64,000 nucleotides of DNA, taken from Mobula hypostoma (lineage: Eukaryota). The notes under the pieces were generated by a model, which searched no databases, had not been told where the DNA came from, and worked only from the letters and a program-made list of their open reading frames with translations. Both the position numbers and the translations under genes were made by a program. This document shows, piece by piece, positions 1 through 13,164 of this stretch (positions are counted from its first letter, which is position 1; every line of letters starts with the position of its first letter). The stretch is from the NCBI RefSeq assembly GCF_963921235.1, contig NC_086108.1, forward strand, positions 47,060,001 to 47,124,000. Direction: 5' to 3'.

Positions 1-345
1 CAACCACAGCGGACTCTGAGTCCGTCCAAAAACTTTGAACCTCCGACCAGCCCTCCAACACCGAGCACCATCTTCTGCCGATCGCTACGACCCTGCCCCG
101 GCCGCCGAGCAGCAAGCAAGGCCGAGGACTCGGGGGCCTTCCCCTCCGGAGATTATGGTTCACACAGTAGCAGCAGCAGCAGCAAAGCAGGCATTTCAGA
201 AGTTTCACCAGATGTTCCTCTGTGCTGTCACGTCTGTCTCCATCAAATCAGGATTGTGCACGACACCCTACTTGACAGATAACAGACATCACCACCGGAG
301 TGGCCGCTGTGAGCTGCAGCGCGCTGCCATCTTCTCCTCCTGCCG
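1..345 (-). mobile_element. 5' part of a non-autonomous LINE-tailed retroelement inserted near the Harbinger terminus
   Basis: About 1-190 is homologous to about 50570-50760. The GC-rich 5' end reads AAGATGGCAGCG on the minus strand. Harbinger sequence resumes at 346. Confidence 0.5.
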
Positions 346-3300
346 ATAAATCCATGACTGAAACTTTTCCTCTTTGTTTTGACCCTCCGTCCACACTGAA
401 ACAGCGTTTTCCTCCCCTGAAAATGGAGCTTTTCTAAAATGCTCTCCGGAGTGTTTAAATCTGAAAGTGCCAGTTGGGCGTTGTAGTGTGTACGGGGAAA
501 CCGGAGCTTTCTAAAACCGCTGTCATGACGTGCCAGAACAGATGGTGACGGCAGCACGGCATTTCATTGTTTTCTTGAACGCAACCTCCAACACCACAAC
601 GACAATATCTGACAATAGATGTGTAACCGCCTAATGTAACATTGTATGGAAATACAAGATAACACTGATGCAGACATGTTTTATACATTTAACAAGGTGC
701 TTTATTAATACAAACCATAGAAACTACAGCACAGAAACAGGCCTTTTGGCCCTTCTTGGCTGTGCCGAACCATTTTCTGCCTAGTCCCACTGACCTGCAC
801 ACGGACCATATCCCTGCATACACCTCCCATCCATGTATCTGTCCAACTTATTCGTAAATGTTAAAAAAGAACCCGCATTTACCACCTTGTCTGGCAGCTC
901 ATTCCATACTCCCACCACTCTCTGTGTGAAGAAGCCCCACCTAATGTTCCCTTTAAACTTTTCCCCCCTCACCCTTAACCCATGTCCTCTGGTTTTTTTC
1001 TCCCCTTGCCTCAGTTGAAAAAGCCTGCTTGCATTCACTCTATCTATACCCATCATAATTTTATATACCTCTATCAAATCTCCCCTCATTCTTCTACGCT
1101 CCAGGGAATAAAGTCCTAACCTATTCAACCTTTCTCTGTAACTGAGTTTCTCAAGTCCTGGCAACATCCTTGTAAACCTTCTCTGCACTCTTTCAACCTT
1201 ATTTATATCCTTCCTGTAATTTGGTGACCAAAACTGAACACAATACTCCAGATTCAGCCTCACCAGTGCCTTATACAACCTCATCATAACATTCCAGCTC
1301 TTATACTCAATACTTTGATTAATAAAGGCCAATGTATCAAAAGCTCTCTTTACGACCCTATCTACTTGTGACGCCACTTTTAGGGAATTTTGTATCTGTA
1401 TTCCCAGATCCCTCTGTTCTACTGCACTCCTCAGTGCCTTACCATTAACCCTGTATATTCTGCCTTGGTTTGTCCTTCCAACGTGCAATACCTCACACTT
1501 GTCTGTATTAAACTCCATCTGCCATTTTTCAGCCCATTTTTCCAGCTGGTCCAAGTCCCTCTGCAGGCTCTGAAAACCTTCCTCACTGTCTACTACTATA
1601 CAATCTTTGTATCATCAGCAAATTTGCTGATCCAATTTACCACATTATCATCCAGATCATTGAGATAGATGACAAATAACAATGGGCCCAGCACTGATCC
1701 CTGTGGCACACCACTAATCACAGGCCTCCACTCAGAGAAGCAATTCTCTACCACCACTCTTTAGCTTCTTCCATTGAGCCAATGTCTAATCCAATTTACC
1801 ACCTCTCCATGTATACCTAGCGACTGAATTTTCCTAACTAACCTCCCATGCGGGACCTTGTTAAAGGCCTTACTGAAATCCATGTGGACAATATCCACTG
1901 CCTTCCCTTCATCCACTTTCCTGGTAACCTCCTCGAAAAACTCCAGTAGATTGGTCAAACATGACCTACCACGCACAAAGCCACGTTGACTCTCCCTAAT
2001 AAGTCCCTGTCTATCCAAATGCTTGTAGATTCTGTCTCTTAGTACTCCCTCCAATAACTTACCTACTACCGATGTTAAACTTACTGGCCTATAATTTCCC
2101 AGATTACTTTTCGATCCTTTTTTAAACAACGGAACAACATGAGCCATTCTCCAATCCTCCGGCACCTCACCTCTAGACACCAACATTTTAAACTTATCTG
2201 CCAGAGACCCTGCAATTTCAACATTAGTCTCCTTCAAGGTCCGAGGGAATACCCTGTCAGGTCCTGGGGATTTATCCGCTTTAATTTGCCTCAAGATAGC
2301 AAGCACCTCCTGCTTTTCAATCTGTACAGTTTCCATGATCTCACTACTTGTTTCCCTTAATTCCATAGACTTCATGCCAGTTTCCATAGTAAATACAGAC
2401 GCAAAAAACCTATTTAAGATCTCCCCCATTTCCTTTGGTTCTGCACATAGCCGACCACTCTGATCTTCAAGAGGACCAATTTTATCCCTTACAATCCTTT
2501 TGCTCTTAATATACCTGTAAAAGCTCTTTGGATTATCCTTCACTTTGACTGCCAAGGCAACCTCATGTCTTCTTTTAGCCCTCCTGATTACTTAAGTATT
2601 TTCTTGCACTTCTTATACTCCTCAAGCACCTGATTTACTCCCTGTTTCCTATACATTTCATACAACTCCCTCTTCTTCTTTATCAGAGTTGCAATATCCC
2701 TTGAGAACCAAGGTTCCTTATTCCTATTCAATTTGCCTTTAATCCTGACAGGAACATACAAACTCTGCACTCTCAATATTTCTCCTTTGAAGGCTTCCCA
2801 CCTACCAATCACATCTTTGCCAGAGAACAACCTGTCCCAATCCACGCTTTTTAGATCCTTTCTCATTTCTTCAAATTTGGCCTTCTTCCAGTTCAGAACC
2901 TCAACCCTAGGACCAGATCTATCCTTGTCCATGATCAAGTTGAAACTAATGGTGTTATGATCATTGGAACCAAAGTGCTCCCCTACACAGACTTCCGTCA
3001 CTTGTCCTAACTCGTTTCCTAACAGGAGATTCAATATTGCATCCCCTCTAGTTGTTCCCTCTATATATTGATTTAGAAAACTTTCCTGAACACATTTTAC
3101 AAACTCTAAACCATCTAGACCCCTAACAGTATGGGAGTCCCAGTCAATGTATGGAAAATTAATGCTTATGCAAACATTCAATCGATGCAATTGTCACTAC
3201 TTCCAAAACGTCATTTTTAAGTTGTAGCTTATGTTTGACATAGACATGAAAGTGTTAAGGCCAAAAAAGGAAAATTGTAAGTTTCAATTTTACTCAGGTA

Positions 3301-4017
3301 AAAATAAAATAACTTTTGCCCAGTAACTCATTTTATTGTACATGTTAAATACAGCAAAATAATACAGAAAGACATGGCAAAAGTAAAGGCAGACAAATGA
3401 GGTAACAGCAAATTTCACTTTTGCCCAGTAACAAGCCTTATTGCGTTTAGTTGTAGCTGTCGTCCCTTTCATCGGTGAAGAGACTATGGCTGTAGGAAAT
3501 GTTTCCAGGGTGACCCCTCTGTGGGAATGGGGAAGAATTTGGTGGGGCCACCCGGGGGTCTCTGTGTCCGTATGTGTAGCTATTGTAGTGGCTGTGAGGC
3601 TGATATTGTGGTGGTGAAAAGTACTGGGGGGGTAGGGGGGAGCCATCATGTTCTTCATTGCAAACCCCTCTGCAACAGAGTTAGTCAGTTTTTCAATGTT
3701 CGTCGTCAGCCGGGTTATACTGTCCATGAACTCCCTGTCGGTTGCCTCCAGCGCGAGAGCCAACAGCTGTCTGTCATTTGGCAATTTCCTTTTAAGTTTT
3801 TCTAGTCTGTAACTGGACAAACGCGCACCAAGTATACCATTTCCTCTTCGCTTGTTTTCTGTAGATGTGTCCTGCGCATGCCCAGTAAGAGGAGATTCAC
3901 CCAAATACCCATTTTAATGTGGATGGGGGTATTTTCAAAAACGCCTGGTGTGGACACCTATCGTTTTTACACGAAACCGGTGTTTTCAAAATTATCTGGT
4001 CTAGTGTGGACGTAGCC
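346..4017 (-). mobile_element. Non-autonomous PIF/Harbinger element, split by a CR1 insertion
   Basis: Terminus ...ctagtgtggacgtagcc at 4017 followed by TAA. Segments 346-712 and 3166-4017 align in reverse to the copy at 22950-23885. Retains coding remnant YRLEKLKRKLP...LTTNIEKLTNSVAEGFAM. Confidence 0.8.
713..3165 (-). mobile_element. CR1-clade LINE, 5'-truncated, ORF2 broken into three ORFs
   Basis: ORFs 2588-3190 (endonuclease tail HFGSNDHNTI), 1761-2555 (RT: NYRPVSLTS, DFSKAFNKVPH) and 781-1554 (C-terminus: LERRRMRGDLIEVYK, FFTQRVVGVWNELP). CR1-type 3' UTR and tail near 713-780. Confidence 0.95.
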
Positions 4018-4693
4018 TAAGTGGATAAACCAGTCAAGTTATTATTTCAGTTTACTGAGTCATATTTTACTTATCTTTTTCTATTAGGAATTCTTACTGC
4101 CCCATTGGTTGTGACAGCTGCATGTGGTTATTTTTAAGAAATGTAGCAGCCAATATGGGCAGTTTCCAGAATTATTACTGACATTGCAATTTATAATGGA
4201 AATAGGTAACTAAGGATGCAGTGTTGATTCAGGTACACATACGTGCTCCAAGACATAATCTCCTATCCTCTGACCATTACCTGAACATCATTTTAATCTT
4301 TTCATTGTGAAAAAGATCAGAAATATTGTTAAAATTAGCTTGTCTCGTGTGTATTTTCATTCTGTTAACCTTTTGCCTCCATGCTTCACTTTTCTATACA
4401 ATGCAAATTGGCAGAATATAATTCTTAAAGTACTTGTTTCATTTAAAGTTAAAACACAAAGAAAGCTATGTTTGCAATTTATACCCCTAAGAGCAATTTT
4501 TCTGGCTTCACCCAGCAATTGTATTATGAGATTTTCAAAGGACATTTGTCATGCAGCTCCCACCCCAACAGTAAATAACAGCATTTGTGTTGGACAGTTT
4601 TCTTACAGGCGGTACTCTTTGAAGGAACTGGTGATGTTTGTAGATATATCTTTGACTTGGTAAATTGTATTCCATACCAAATTAAATTGCTAC

Positions 4694-5717
4694 AAATATG
4701 AGAAAATCTGCAGATGCTGGAAACCCAAGCAACACATGTCAAGCAGCATCTTTGGAAAAGAGTAAACAGTAAATGTTTTGGGCCAAGATCCTTCACCAGG
4801 ACTGGAAAAAAAGACGAGAAGTTAGAGCAAGAGGTGGGGTAGGGGAGGAAGAAGTACAAGGTGGAAGGTAATGGGTGAAACTGGGAGAGGGGGAGGGATG
4901 AAAGAGCTGGGAAGCTGATAGGTGAAAGAGATAAAGGACTGGAGAGAGGAAATCTGATAGGAGCAGGTAGAAAACCATGGAAGATAGAGGAGCACCAGAA
5001 AGAGGTGATGGGCAGGTAAGGAGATGAGAGAGGGAAATAGCAATGGTAAAAGGAGAGCAATTATCAGAAGTTCGAGAAATCGATGTTCATTCCATCAGGT
5101 TGGAGTATTCCCAGATGGAATACAAAGTGTTGCTCCTCCAACCTGATTGTTGTAGAGGAGGCTATGGAGTGAACTATGGGAATTGGGAAGTAGAATTGAA
5201 GTGGATGGCCACCAGGAGATCCCACTTTTTCTGGCAGACAGAACAGTGAAGCAGTCTCTTAATCTATGTTGGGTCTCACAGATATATAGGAGGCCATGCT
5301 GGGAGCACCGGATGTAGTAGATGACCCAGCAGACTCACAGGTGAAGTGTTGGCTCACCTGGAAGGACAGTTTGAGGCCCTGAATGATAGTGAAGGAGGAG
5401 GTGTAGGGACAGGTATGACATTCTGCTTGCAAGGATAAGTACCTGGAGGGAGATCAGTGGGGAGAGATGAATGGACAATGGAGTTGCGTAGGGAGCAATC
5501 CCCGCGGAAAGTGGGCGGGGGGAGGGAAAGGTGTCCTTGATGGTGGGATCCCGTTGGAAATTGCAGAAATTTTAGAGAATTATGTGCTGGACGTGGAGGC
5601 GACTGGGGTGGTAGTTGAGGACAAGCGGAACCCTATTCCTGGTGGGGCGACAGGAGGATGGAGTGAGGGCAGATGTGCGCAAAATGGAACAGGTGCGGGT
5701 GAGGTCAGCATTGATCC
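4694..5717 (-). mobile_element. Penelope-like element remnant (GIY-YIG region and terminal repeat)
   Basis: Reverse-complement similarity to PLE copies at 10568-11687 and 56900-57965. A 15-bp TSD aaattaaattgctac at 4679-4693 and 6443-6457 encloses this element and the Rex1 insert. Confidence 0.85.
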
Positions 5718-5726
5718 TCATAGAGG

Positions 5727-6433
5727 GATAAGAAGTGGAAAGAGTGAGCAGTTACAAGTTCCTGGGTGTCAAGATTTCTGAGGATTTAACCTGGTCCCAA
5801 CATATCAATGTAATTATAAAGAAGGCAAGACAGCAACTATACTTCATGAGAAGTTTGAAGAGATTTGGCATGTCAACAAATACACTCAAAAACTTCTATA
5901 GTTGTACCATGGAGAGCATTCTGACAGGCTGCATCACTGTCTGGATTGGGAGGGCTACTGCACAGCACCGAAAGAAGCTACGGATGGTTGTAAATTTAGT
6001 TGGCTCCATCTTGGGTTCTAGCCTGCAAAGTACCCAGGACGTCTTCAAGGAGCAGTGTCTCAGAAAGACAGCATCCATTATTAAGGTCTTCCAGCACCCA
6101 GGGCATGCCCTTTTCTCACTGTTACCATCAGGTAGGAGGTACAAAAGCCTGAAGGCACACACTCAATGAATCAGGAACAGCTTCTTCCCCTCTGCCATCC
6201 GATTCCTGAATGGACATTGAACCTGTGAACACTATCTCACTATTTAAATATATATTATTTCTATTTTTTGCACAATTTTTAATCTATTCAAGATATGTCT
6301 ACTGTAATTGATTCACTTAGTACTATTTAAAAATTTTTTTTCCTCCTCTTCTATATTATGTATTGCATTGAACTGCTGCTGCTAAGTTAACAAATTTCAC
6401 GACACAGGTTGGTGATAATAAACCTGATTCTGA
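5727..6433 (+). mobile_element. Rex1/Babar-like LINE 3' fragment
   Basis: ORF 5735-6169 (YKFLGVKISEDLTWS...ESILTGCITVW...LPSGRRY). 3' end gataataaacctgattctga. 9-bp TSD tcatagagg at 5718-5726 and 6434-6442. Confidence 0.88.
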
Positions 6434-7476
6434 TCATAGAGGAAATTAAATTGCTACTTTAGTTTCAGCTATTGGTTTGAATAACTGAAAAGTTAATTTT
6501 GAGATGTATCCTTCATGAAAGTTAGTGAATGTTTTAATGAAAAAGAAATGTAGTCTCCATGCTATATTCTGCAGAAAGTCTCAATTGTATATTTGTACTT
6601 CAAAAGACTTTTCAGGATGCAAGTTAAATAACCATTGTGCTGAGAATATGTTGATTGAACTTGTACAGCAATGCACTAAATTGAAATTGTGACGAAACAG
6701 GAGGATGCTGTTGTAAGGTTTTTAATTTAAAATGCCAGGCACTCTCATTTTCAGAGAGCTCAGATTTTGATTCTGTTCATTTTATGAGCTAATCCAAAGA
6801 GGAGCAAAAATACTGCTACAGGAGAATTGTAGAATAGCAAAAAATTAGGAATCACACATCAACTTTGACACACTTCTGTAGATGCCCAGGAACAGAAAAG
6901 GCTGTAGAAAACGATGGATACACCCCAGTCTATCTGTGGCAAAGCCCTTCCCACTATTGAGTACATTTATATAGAGCGCTGTATAAAGAAGGCAGCATCC
7001 ATCATCTAGGTCATGCCCTCTTCTTGCAATTACCGTCAGGCAGGAGGGACAGTAGCTTCAGAAACCGTTATAACTTACATAAATCAGGCCCCTGAACCGG
7101 CATAGATAACTTCATTCACCACTGCTCTGAAAGTAATCTGAAGATTCACTTTCAAGGACTCTTTGCAACTTATGTTATCAGTATTATTTTATTTGTACAG
7201 TTTGTCTATGTATAATTTTTCATAACATTTTAATGTATTTATTTTCCCTTTAATTTTTTTTCTGTACAAAAATGAATCTCAAGGTAGTATATGGTAACAT
7301 ACATACTTTGTTAATAAATTTTCTTTGAATTTTGAATGCGCCGAAGTTAGTTTAGATAATTTCAGGTTTTTATTCTGTGATGGATGAACTGATTCAAATC
7401 AGCATTTGTACTAAGGCAATTATATGAATGTCTTTGTTCCCACTAAGGTATTTGAATTGATTTTTGGAATGATTTC

Positions 7477-8697
7477 TTTTTTTTAAATTTTATTTTTATT
7501 TGGATAAGGTATTCACAAGTAATACCCAAACTTTTTTTTAACATATATAACCTTTTCCATTTTTTATGTGAGTAAATCTATATTAATTTGTACATTCACA
7601 AGTGCACATTGAGATAATATAGAAAATAATTAGGCACTCAAATAGATGTTTATGTGCAATTGTAATTCTACTCTATTAAACTAAATGATAATAGTTGTTA
7701 TAAAAATATTAATAATAGTGGTTGAATACTAATTTCCATTTATCTCTTCTGATCCATTTCTTTCTGGTCCAAAATTTCCCCAGATCTTTTCTTTACTTGT
7801 GTTAATTCCACATTTTCCAAAAAAAAGAACAGTAAACATTCGAGCCAAGGGTGCTTACGGTAACACTATTACTACGTTGGTGAGACAAACAGTATAAACC
7901 ATTAAGAGAGTCATCTAAAGTCTGCTCGCTCTAGGGTTATAAATTCAATCCATTTATTCCAAGTTTGATAAAATTTTTCCTTTTGAATTCTCAGAGAATA
8001 GGTCATCTTTTCCATTTTAAATATTTTCAAAATTATTTCATGCCAATCTTCTAATGTAGGTGATGTTGGATTTAACCACTTTCTGGTGATTGATTTCCTA
8101 CTTGCCGCTAAAAGGGCCTGCATCAGCTTTATATGTTTCTTCTGTTCCAAAAACAATACATGCCCCAAGTAGAGAGTCTCAAATTTCAGAGGTACTAATG
8201 TTCTGTGAATACCTTCCCAATGTAAACTTAATTTAGGGCAATCCCAAAAAATATGGAAATGATTTGCCTCCTTGGAGCCACACCTTCTCTAACACACCAC
8301 GTTTGTGTCATTATATTTTTCCTGTTATGGGGTCTTGAAGTATCTTATAATATTTTTCCAACAATGTTCTCTCTAAATCAAAGAGTTAGTCGAAGACCAC
8401 TGGAAGCTGCATATTTTCCCCCAAGCGTCCTCTGAAAGTACCAACTCCGCTTCTTTCTCCCACTTCTCTTTAATATACAATGTGTTTTCATTTTTGTCAT
8501 GAGAGAGGGCATTATATAATAGAGAAATTGATTTACTTGGTATTGAACTGTAAGCTAAATTCAGAATCTTGAAAAATTCTAATTCTACTGTTGATAAGTC
8601 TGTATATGTACAACTCTGGTTAACATGATGTCGTACTTGAAGGTACCTAAAAAAGTCATTGTGTTCTAGGCCATGTTTGTCCTGCAGGGATTGAGAA
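7477..8697 (-). mobile_element. L1/Tx1-clade LINE 3' fragment
   Basis: ORF remnants DFFRYLQVRH, KEKWEKE, RKSITRKW...FYQTWNKW. T-rich (polyA) tail at 7477. 18-bp TSD gatttttggaatgatttc at 7459-7476 and 8698-8715. Confidence 0.9.
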
Positions 8698-10567
8698 GAT
8701 TTTTGGAATGATTTCAATAATTAAGAAAGGCAAAATCAACCTAAGATACTTTTCCAAATTCAGACAATTTGATTGCCTGGGCCAAGGGACCTAATAGTTT
8801 TAGCTGCTTTATGCTTTCAAAACCATAACCATGCCAGCATACCTTTTGAGTGGTAAGAATGAGAACAGCTTAAATAGAAGATCGAAGAATAAAAGAAATG
8901 GTGAACAATTGAAGTTTCTTGGTTAAAAGGATGCTTTTGGGTATTGCTATTTTATAATTTAGATTTGTCAGTGATGAACTGGTGATTATTGGCATAAATA
9001 CATACACATCCTGATTGTTCTGAAAACATTTATTTTCTTAATAATAATGGTATAACGAACAAATAATGGGACTGAAGAACTGAATTTGGTTCAGTTAAAG
9101 AACACTATTTTAGCTTGTTACAAAACACATTTTGCATAATGATTTTGTTGCTTAAGGGGTTAACCTGAGCTATTGTGTCTCTTCAATAGGTTCAGTGATT
9201 GCTGAGAGCATTGAAGGTTAACATGATATAATTTATTGTTTGAGATATCAAGCAAACAGAAGCACTTAATTGTAACACTTTAGCTGTTGAATTGAAGTTA
9301 CTTATGGAAAGTGTTTTCTTTCAATCAGCAGAAGGAAAAAGAAAATTAAATGTTCACAAACATGCGAAAGAATGGAAGATCTTTTTACATGAGCACAATC
9401 AAAAATTATGCAAAACTATATTAAAAAATTGCTGATAACATAGGAATTAAACCGCAGGACCTGAAAGTAGAGATGTTCAGAGTGATCCATACTTGCTGAT
9501 TGTTGTGGGTTGCAGGTTATTTAAACATCTGAGTCTGAAAAGTTGACAGAAGTTTTATAAGCATAATGGGGCTCAGAGAAAATTCACTGTTTTATTCTTC
9601 TCTGAAAATAATTGTATTCCATCAGTATACTCCAGAATATACCCTGGAATTGCTTTTGTTGATTAGCACAGGGTAGCTTGCTTGTATAGCTAAACAAAAT
9701 CCATAACATTAACTGATGTGCATCAAGAAACTTCTTTGAAATGCCTGCAAAGAAAGTTGCACCTGACAGGCTATCTTTGGCAAGGTTTCTCATAAAAAAG
9801 GAACCATAGAGCATTTCTCGAAGACTTGCGTTATTACATAAACAGTTTTTCAAATAGTCAAAAAATAGTTTCAAAACTGGTAATTAATACCTGATACTGT
9901 TTAGATCTCAGACCAAAAACAACATACTACTAACAGTAATGCAGAATTCCTGGTGCCATCATGTGATAAAGATCTATTTGTCCACCGATCTTTCATCCCC
10001 CATTGTAGTGCTTTTCATCAGAGGTTTTGTCTTTTGACTGTAATTGTATGGAAGATTTTTTGAAGATTATGCAACAGATGATTCTAAATTTCATGTTTTA
10101 ACCTAGTCACTAAGTGGTTAAGTGTAAATAAATAAAAGCTGGAAAACTGATATCTCTGACTTTAGATCACAACAAGCTGAAAATACTGAGATGAATTTCA
10201 ATTTCACTTTGGTGTCCAACATGCAGATCATTTGCTTCCTCTTTAACTTGATGCTTAACTTCTCTGGTTATTCTTTGTATCATTCACCTTTTGTAAAATC
10301 CACTGACCAAATCTTGCTGTACTACTTTTTCATGCCAGAACTTCGAAGTTCATGACTGTGTGAGTGATGCTTAAAACATTTCACCATGATCTTGACTTAT
10401 AGAAATATAGTGTTGTCCACTCCTCCATTACTCTTGGACATCAAATTGTTTCTGTCTCTAGGACAAATTGTGCCTCATGATGAGAAAATAATGACAAGGT
10501 CATTGTATTCAGTGAATCTTGGATTGATTTACCCATTTTCAACCAGATGGCAGTAGGATGGATAAAT

Positions 10568-11687
10568 CTGACTCTCATAACTACCTCGACTATACCTCTT
10601 CCCACCTTGCCACATGCAAAAATGCTATTCCCTATTCTCAGTTCCTCCACCTCCGCTGCATCTGCTCCCAGGATGAGGCTTTCCGTTCCAAGACATGTCA
10701 AATGTCCTCTTTCTTTAAGGATTTTGTTTTCCCTCCTGTCGTCATCAATGATGCCCTCACCTGCATCTCCTTCATTTCCCGCACTTCGACCCTCACCCCA
10801 TCCTCCCCTCACCATAACAGGGACAGAGTTCCCCTTGTCCTCACCTACCACCCCACCAGCCTCCAGATCCAGCACATTATCCTCTGCAACTTCCGCCATC
10901 TTCAATAGGACCCCACCACTAAGTACATCTTTCTCTCTCTACCCCTCTTCACTTTCCGCAGGGATCGTTCCCCCCGCGACTCCCTGGTCCACACGTCCCT
11001 CCCTATGGATCTCCCACCCGGCCCTTATCCCTGAAAGCATAAGTGCTACACCTGTCCCTACACTTTCTCTCTCACCACCATTCAGGGCCCCAAACAGTCC
11101 TTCCAGGTGAGGCAAGGACCGCTTCGTCGAGCACCTGCATTCCGTCCGCCACAACAGACAGGATCTCCTGGTTGCCACACACTTCAACTCTGCTTCACAT
11201 TCCTATTCAGATATGTCCATACATGGCCTCCTCTACTGCCATGATGAGGCCAAACTCAGGTTGGAGGAGCAACACCTCATATACCGTCTCGGTAGTCTCC
11301 AGCCCCTTGGTATGAACATAGAATTTTCCAACTTCCAGTAATTCCTTCCCCCTCCCTTCCCCCATCCCAGTTTCACTCTGCTCCCTCCTCTAGCTGCCTA
11401 TCACCTCCCTCATGGTTCCGCCTCCTCCTCCTACCCATGGTGGTTTCCCCTATTCCTTCTTCACCTATCCTGCCTATCCCCTCCCTACTTCCCCTCCCCC
11501 ACCCCTTACTGGTTTTTCACCTGGAACCTACCAGCCTTCTCCTTCCCATCCTCCCCCCACCATCTTTATAGGGCCCCTGCCCCCTCCCTTTTCAGTCCTG
11601 ACGAAGGGTCTCAGCCCGAAACGTTGACTGTTCGTTTCCATGGATGCTGCCTGACCTGCAGAGTTTCTCCAGCGTGTTGTGCGTGTT
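10568..11687 (+). mobile_element. Penelope-like element, 5'-truncated and internally deleted
   Basis: YLDYTSSH...IPYSQFL...RVPLVLTYHP (PLE RT thumb/linker). Pyrimidine-rich terminal repeat. 12-bp TSD ggatggataaat at 10556-10567 and 11688-11699. Confidence 0.9.
11593..11630 (+). ncRNA. Minimal type-I hammerhead ribozyme motif (PLE-associated)
   Basis: cagtc-CTGACGA-a-gggt ctca gccc-GAAA-cgtt-gactg: stem I cagtc/gactg, core boxes, stem II, palindromic ACGT stem III, GUU cleavage triplet. Confidence 0.75.
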
Positions 11688-12261
11688 GGATGGATAAATT
11701 TGGTTTGCATAAGTGCAATTTAATTGATGATCAGTGTCTATAATGATTCTGCCTTGGAAAAAGGAATTGAAATGGAAAATAAGTCTGTTGATGTTGGAAA
11801 TCTGAAATAAAAACAAAATGGTGGAAATACTTATCAGGTGCGCCCTTATTTGTTTTTATAGACATTCAAAACACTTTTTGCTCCTTTTTGATTCCCCCCC
11901 CACCTCCCCGCCGCCTCCAATCACTTACCAGCAAGTAAATGGCAATGCATGATTGAAGGAATTATTAGAAACTGACACAATTCCAACCAGTCCTCTTCCT
12001 TTCAGTAAGAGCTGTGAAGAAAAGAAAACACTGGAAATGGAGAGCTGTTTGGAACTTGGCTAACAGAAAGCTCTATTGTGACTACCTTTACTGAAGCAAC
12101 GTGTTTAATGATCGTTTTGAATCAAAAGTTTACACTTAAAAGATGGATTTTGAAAGATTTGTTTGTTTATAAGTATTAGCGATAGGACTGGTCTCAGGTC
12201 TTGGATGATGAATGGGCTCAGCCTGCAATGTCAGCAGTTTATTTCCTTCCATGGATTTATT

Positions 12262-12620
12262 TTACTTAGTGATACAGCGCAGAAGATGCCCTCCGGCCCT
12301 TCAAGTTACACCACCCCAGCACCCCCGACAAACCTGGTTAACTCTAACCTAATCACAGCACAATTTACAATGACCAGTAAAATTACCTAGTACATCTTTA
12401 GGGAGGAAACCTGAGCACCAGGAGGACACCCACTGATTCCACAGGGAGGACATATAGAGATTCCTTACGGACGGCACTGGAATTCCATAGGGAGGACGTG
12501 CAGAGATTCCTTACAGATGGCACTGGAATTCCACTGGGAGGACGTACAGAGGTTCCTTAACGACTGCACTGGAATTGAACTCCGAACTTTGCATCATCCC
12601 AAGCTAACTACTGTGCTACC
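12262..12620 (-). mobile_element. tRNA-derived SINE with internal tandem triplication
   Basis: B-box-like gttcaattcc on the minus strand. Homologous to 62985-63260 and about 21300-21460. Confidence 0.65.
12437..12576. repeat. 3 x 46-bp imperfect tandem repeat
   Basis: Unit ttccacagggaggac...gagattccttac.gacggcactggaa starting at 12437, 12483 and 12529. Confidence 0.9.
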
Positions 12621-13164
12621 ATGGATGCTGCCTGACTTACTGAGACCCTTTAGAATTTTCTGTGTTGCTCAAGATTTCCAGCATCCGCAGAATCTCTTGT
12701 GTCTGATAATTTGATTAAGTGTTTACAGTGTTTTAAGTATTACTTCTGTATTATGTCTTATATTAATGTCTGCATTAACGTCATTTCAGAACTGCCCTGT
12801 ATGTGCAACCAAATCTTAAAACCCCAATATTTACATTTACAGCATCCAATTGCTAAATGACTCTCATCATTTTCCAAAAAATCTTGCATCTCAAGATCTT
12901 TTGCACAAATTTGATATGTTTGTACTTTACTTAACCGAGACATTTTTTTTTCTCTTTCCAAATTTCAGTAACACTTAGAATTTGAACTTGTGCTGAGGAG
13001 GAGTTAAGAATGCCAGAACAAGATTAGGTTGTTTGATCCCTCAAATACATGTATTTAAAAAAAAATTCAAGTTTATTTGTGTTCCATCACCATTAATAGC
13101 CTTATCTAACATTCCTTATTTTTGAGCTTTCAGGTTTTAGTCGTTGTCTTGCCTTCTTTATAGC

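Noticed and set aside
3290..3904. 204-aa ORF as a host gene
   Set aside because: Lies wholly within a deleted Harbinger element, lacks a real start, and is frameshifted in the sister copy.
12437..12576. CRISPR-like repeat
   Set aside because: Head-to-tail tandem units without unique spacers, lying inside a SINE.
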